64,000 nucleotides of DNA, from IMG/VR virus record IMGVR_UViG_3300025840_004398. One strand, 5' to 3'. The translations under genes were made by a program, and so were the position numbers. Positions within the stretch are counted from its first letter, which is position 1. The number at the start of each line of letters is the position of its first letter. This document shows positions 63,878 to 64,000 of the stretch, piece by piece. Source of the DNA: a virus (taxonomy: Duplodnaviria; Caudoviricetes). A model generated the notes under the pieces. The model was not told where the DNA came from. It worked only from the letters and a program-made list of their open reading frames with translations, and did no database searches.

Positions 63878-64000
63878 ATGGCAATTTCGATTAATGATAA
63901 GTTAGTATTAAATCCGGCATACACTGGCTCGGTAGCCATTATGGACGCTGACCACATTCGTGGTGCTTTTAAAGTATATGATACTTACTCTGATATGACA
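63878..64000 (+). CDS. Partial CDS, probable virion structural protein (runs off the window)
   Basis: MAISINDKLVLNPAYTGSVAIMDADHIRGAFKVYDTYSDMT..., open to position 64000; promoter motif and SD upstream. Confidence 0.65.
   Translation, partial: MAISINDKLVLNPAYTGSVAIMDADHIRGAFKVYDTYSDMT

Noticed and set aside
141-64000. Stop-codon reassignment (alternative genetic code)
   Set aside because: Genes tile the window densely under code 11, and TAA, TGA (ATGA overlaps) and TAG (39667-39669) all end genes at sensible positions.
1-64000. tRNA, rRNA or group I intron
   Set aside because: The intergenic gaps are short, none shows a cloverleaf or GTTCRA T-loop, and terL, portal and capsid ORFs are uninterrupted.

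Overview
This 64-kb, AT-rich window is almost entirely + strand and comes from a large tailed phage with a T4-superfamily head module. The host is probably Bacteroidota: there are two TTTG-N20-TAnnTTTG promoters, BACON-like adhesin repeats and a Gln+1 signal peptide. Gene order is: (1) replication/recombination genes (primase, SGNH-like protein, fused Mre11-Rad50); (2) a small minus-strand ribbon-helix-helix gene missing from the ORF track; (3) two large self-processing virion proteins, one with a peptidase-S74 chaperone and one with BACON-like repeats plus a C-terminal Hint domain; (4) a 22-kb, 23-ORF tailoring cluster with five glycosyltransferases (three are GT7 enzymes split by a LamG-like insert), a methyltransferase, a cytidylyltransferase, seven near-tandem N-terminal-twitch radical SAM enzymes, three SDRs, RmlC and a split ThDP enzyme; (5) a head region with a nucleotidyltransferase/ligase-fold multidomain protein, a spanin-like pair, TerL, portal, about ten small putative internal head proteins with xxE motifs, prohead protease, phage ribosomal protein bS21, scaffold and major capsid protein; (6) neck, tail-completion and large fibre genes. 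A TATTTATA motif precedes each structural block and the tailoring cluster. No tRNA, CRISPR array or mobile element was recognised. All calls come from motif reading by eye; no database search or folding computation was run.
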